A stretch of 63,113 nt of DNA, filler included, from Octopus bimaculoides (lineage: Eukaryota): the NCBI RefSeq assembly GCF_001194135.2. It is 4 parts of 4 records of this genome, joined end to end, with 100 filler letters (N's around TTAATTAATTAA, not from the genome) between each part and the next. Parts side by side here need not be neighbours in the genome. Positions count along the whole stretch, not along the records: positions 60,498 to 63,113 come from NC_069007.1; 3 more parts are not named here. One strand, 5' to 3'. This document shows positions 61,845 through 63,113 of the stretch, in pieces. Numbering within the stretch: position 1 is the first letter of the stretch; the number at the start of each line of letters is the position of its first letter. Under the pieces are notes generated by a model. It saw only the letters and a program-made list of their open reading frames with translations. It ran no database searches and was not told the origin of the DNA. The position numbers and the translations under genes were made by a program.

Positions 61845-62535
61845 GTCAGTAGACTGAAGTGATGTCGGAACAGTGCCTCTAAGAATATTTAGTCAAATGG
61901 ATCGATTCCAGGATTTCTTTCTATTTTCTTAAGTCTAGCACTTATTCCTTTGGTCTCTTTTACCAAACCGCTAAGTTAAAGGGACATAAAAACACCAACA
62001 CCGGTTATCATGTGGTAAGAAGCTTGCTTCCCAACCACATGGCTCCAGGTTCAGTCCCACTCTGTGGCACCTTGGAAAAGTGTCTTCTTCTATAGCTTCA
62101 GGCCTTGTGAGTGGATTTAGTAGATAGAAACTGAAAGAAGCCTGTCATATATACAGGTATATATTTATGTATGTGTTTGTGTTTACAACACCCCCCCCCC
62201 TCACCATCACTTGACAACCAATGCTGGTGTGTTTATGTCCCCATAACTTAGCGGTTCGGCAAAAGAGACCGATAGAATAAGTACTAGGCTTACAAAGAAT
62301 AAGTCCTGGGGTTGATTCCTTTGGCTAAGACCCTTTAAGCATGGCAGCAGTCTAATGACTGAAACAAGTAAAAGAATATATGTATATATATTTATGGTGG
62401 GCTTCTTTCAGTTTCCATCTACCAAATCCACTCACAAGACTTTAGTTGACCTGAGGTTATAGTAAAAAAACAAATGTCCAGTGTGCCACACCGTGGGACT
62501 AAACTTGGAACCATGTGGTTGGGAAGCAAATTTAT
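61845..62535. mobile_element. SINE family 2 cluster: minus tail (61845-62010), plus full copy (62012-62375), minus head (62395-62530)
   Basis: Each piece matches other family 2 copies in the window. Confidence 0.8.
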
Positions 62536-63113
62536 TGTTATTACTATTTATCTTTAAAGTAATCAAAGGCGTTCCTTCCATGCCCATCCAATTTTGATTC
62601 AGAAATCTGTTACTAGGACTATATTGATAGATCATTCCTCTTGTCATTTAGCCCCAGGTCAGCCTTGGTCAAGCAGACACACGATCAAAGACATTCCTTG
62701 GTATGGCCATCCTGTCTTTCAAGAAGTATGAAGGCCTACATTATTCAGTGTCCTTCTTTTAAGATTTACAGTCAAAGACGTTCCAGATGTGACCATCTCA
62801 CCCATTTTTTTTTGTCTCAGATAGAAAAATATATTTGGAGTATTTTGTCTGTGTGTTTGTTTTTAAGACAGCAGGATGTGGCTTGAGGGATATTTTATTC
62901 GTTTTTCTACCTTAAGTAACAGCTGTTAATGACATATATCTGTAATAATCCCAGAGGCTGTGACACACGTACACACACACACACACATGCAAATACTTAC
63001 ACCCCCCCACACACACACACACACACAAAATGTACACCCACACACTCAGAACCTCAGCACATTCACACACAAAACCCCATACTGTTATCCCTCTACACCC
63101 CTTTCACACACAC

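Overview
Eukaryotic, AT-rich, microsatellite-saturated and gap-riddled genomic DNA. The repeat landscape suggests an octopod cephalopod draft assembly (inference). I can support only one intact protein-coding gene: a class A neuropeptide-type GPCR of the myosuppressin/dmsr-like family with a single coding exon (minus strand, 48732-49808). The rest is mostly mobile DNA: decayed RTE, R4/Dong and L1/Tx1 LINE fragments, several tRNA-headed SINE families, a hAT MITE, a 5S rRNA pseudogene, a 220-bp tandem repeat and a ~5.2-kb (GAAC)/(GTAC) array with an internal inversion. Two signals are not explained by the ORF track. (1) At least four unrelated minimal type-I hammerhead ribozyme motifs with palindromic stem III occur here, one of them inside a tRNA-headed SINE. 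(2) An apparent ORF1-only (HAL1-like) retroelement carries an unrecognised C-terminal domain, is present as two diverged copies, and shares its 3' terminus with an L1/Tx1 ORF2 end elsewhere in the window. Assembly artefacts are also visible: an Illumina adapter remnant and TTAATTAATTAA gap linkers. All family assignments come from motifs read by eye; no database searches were run.
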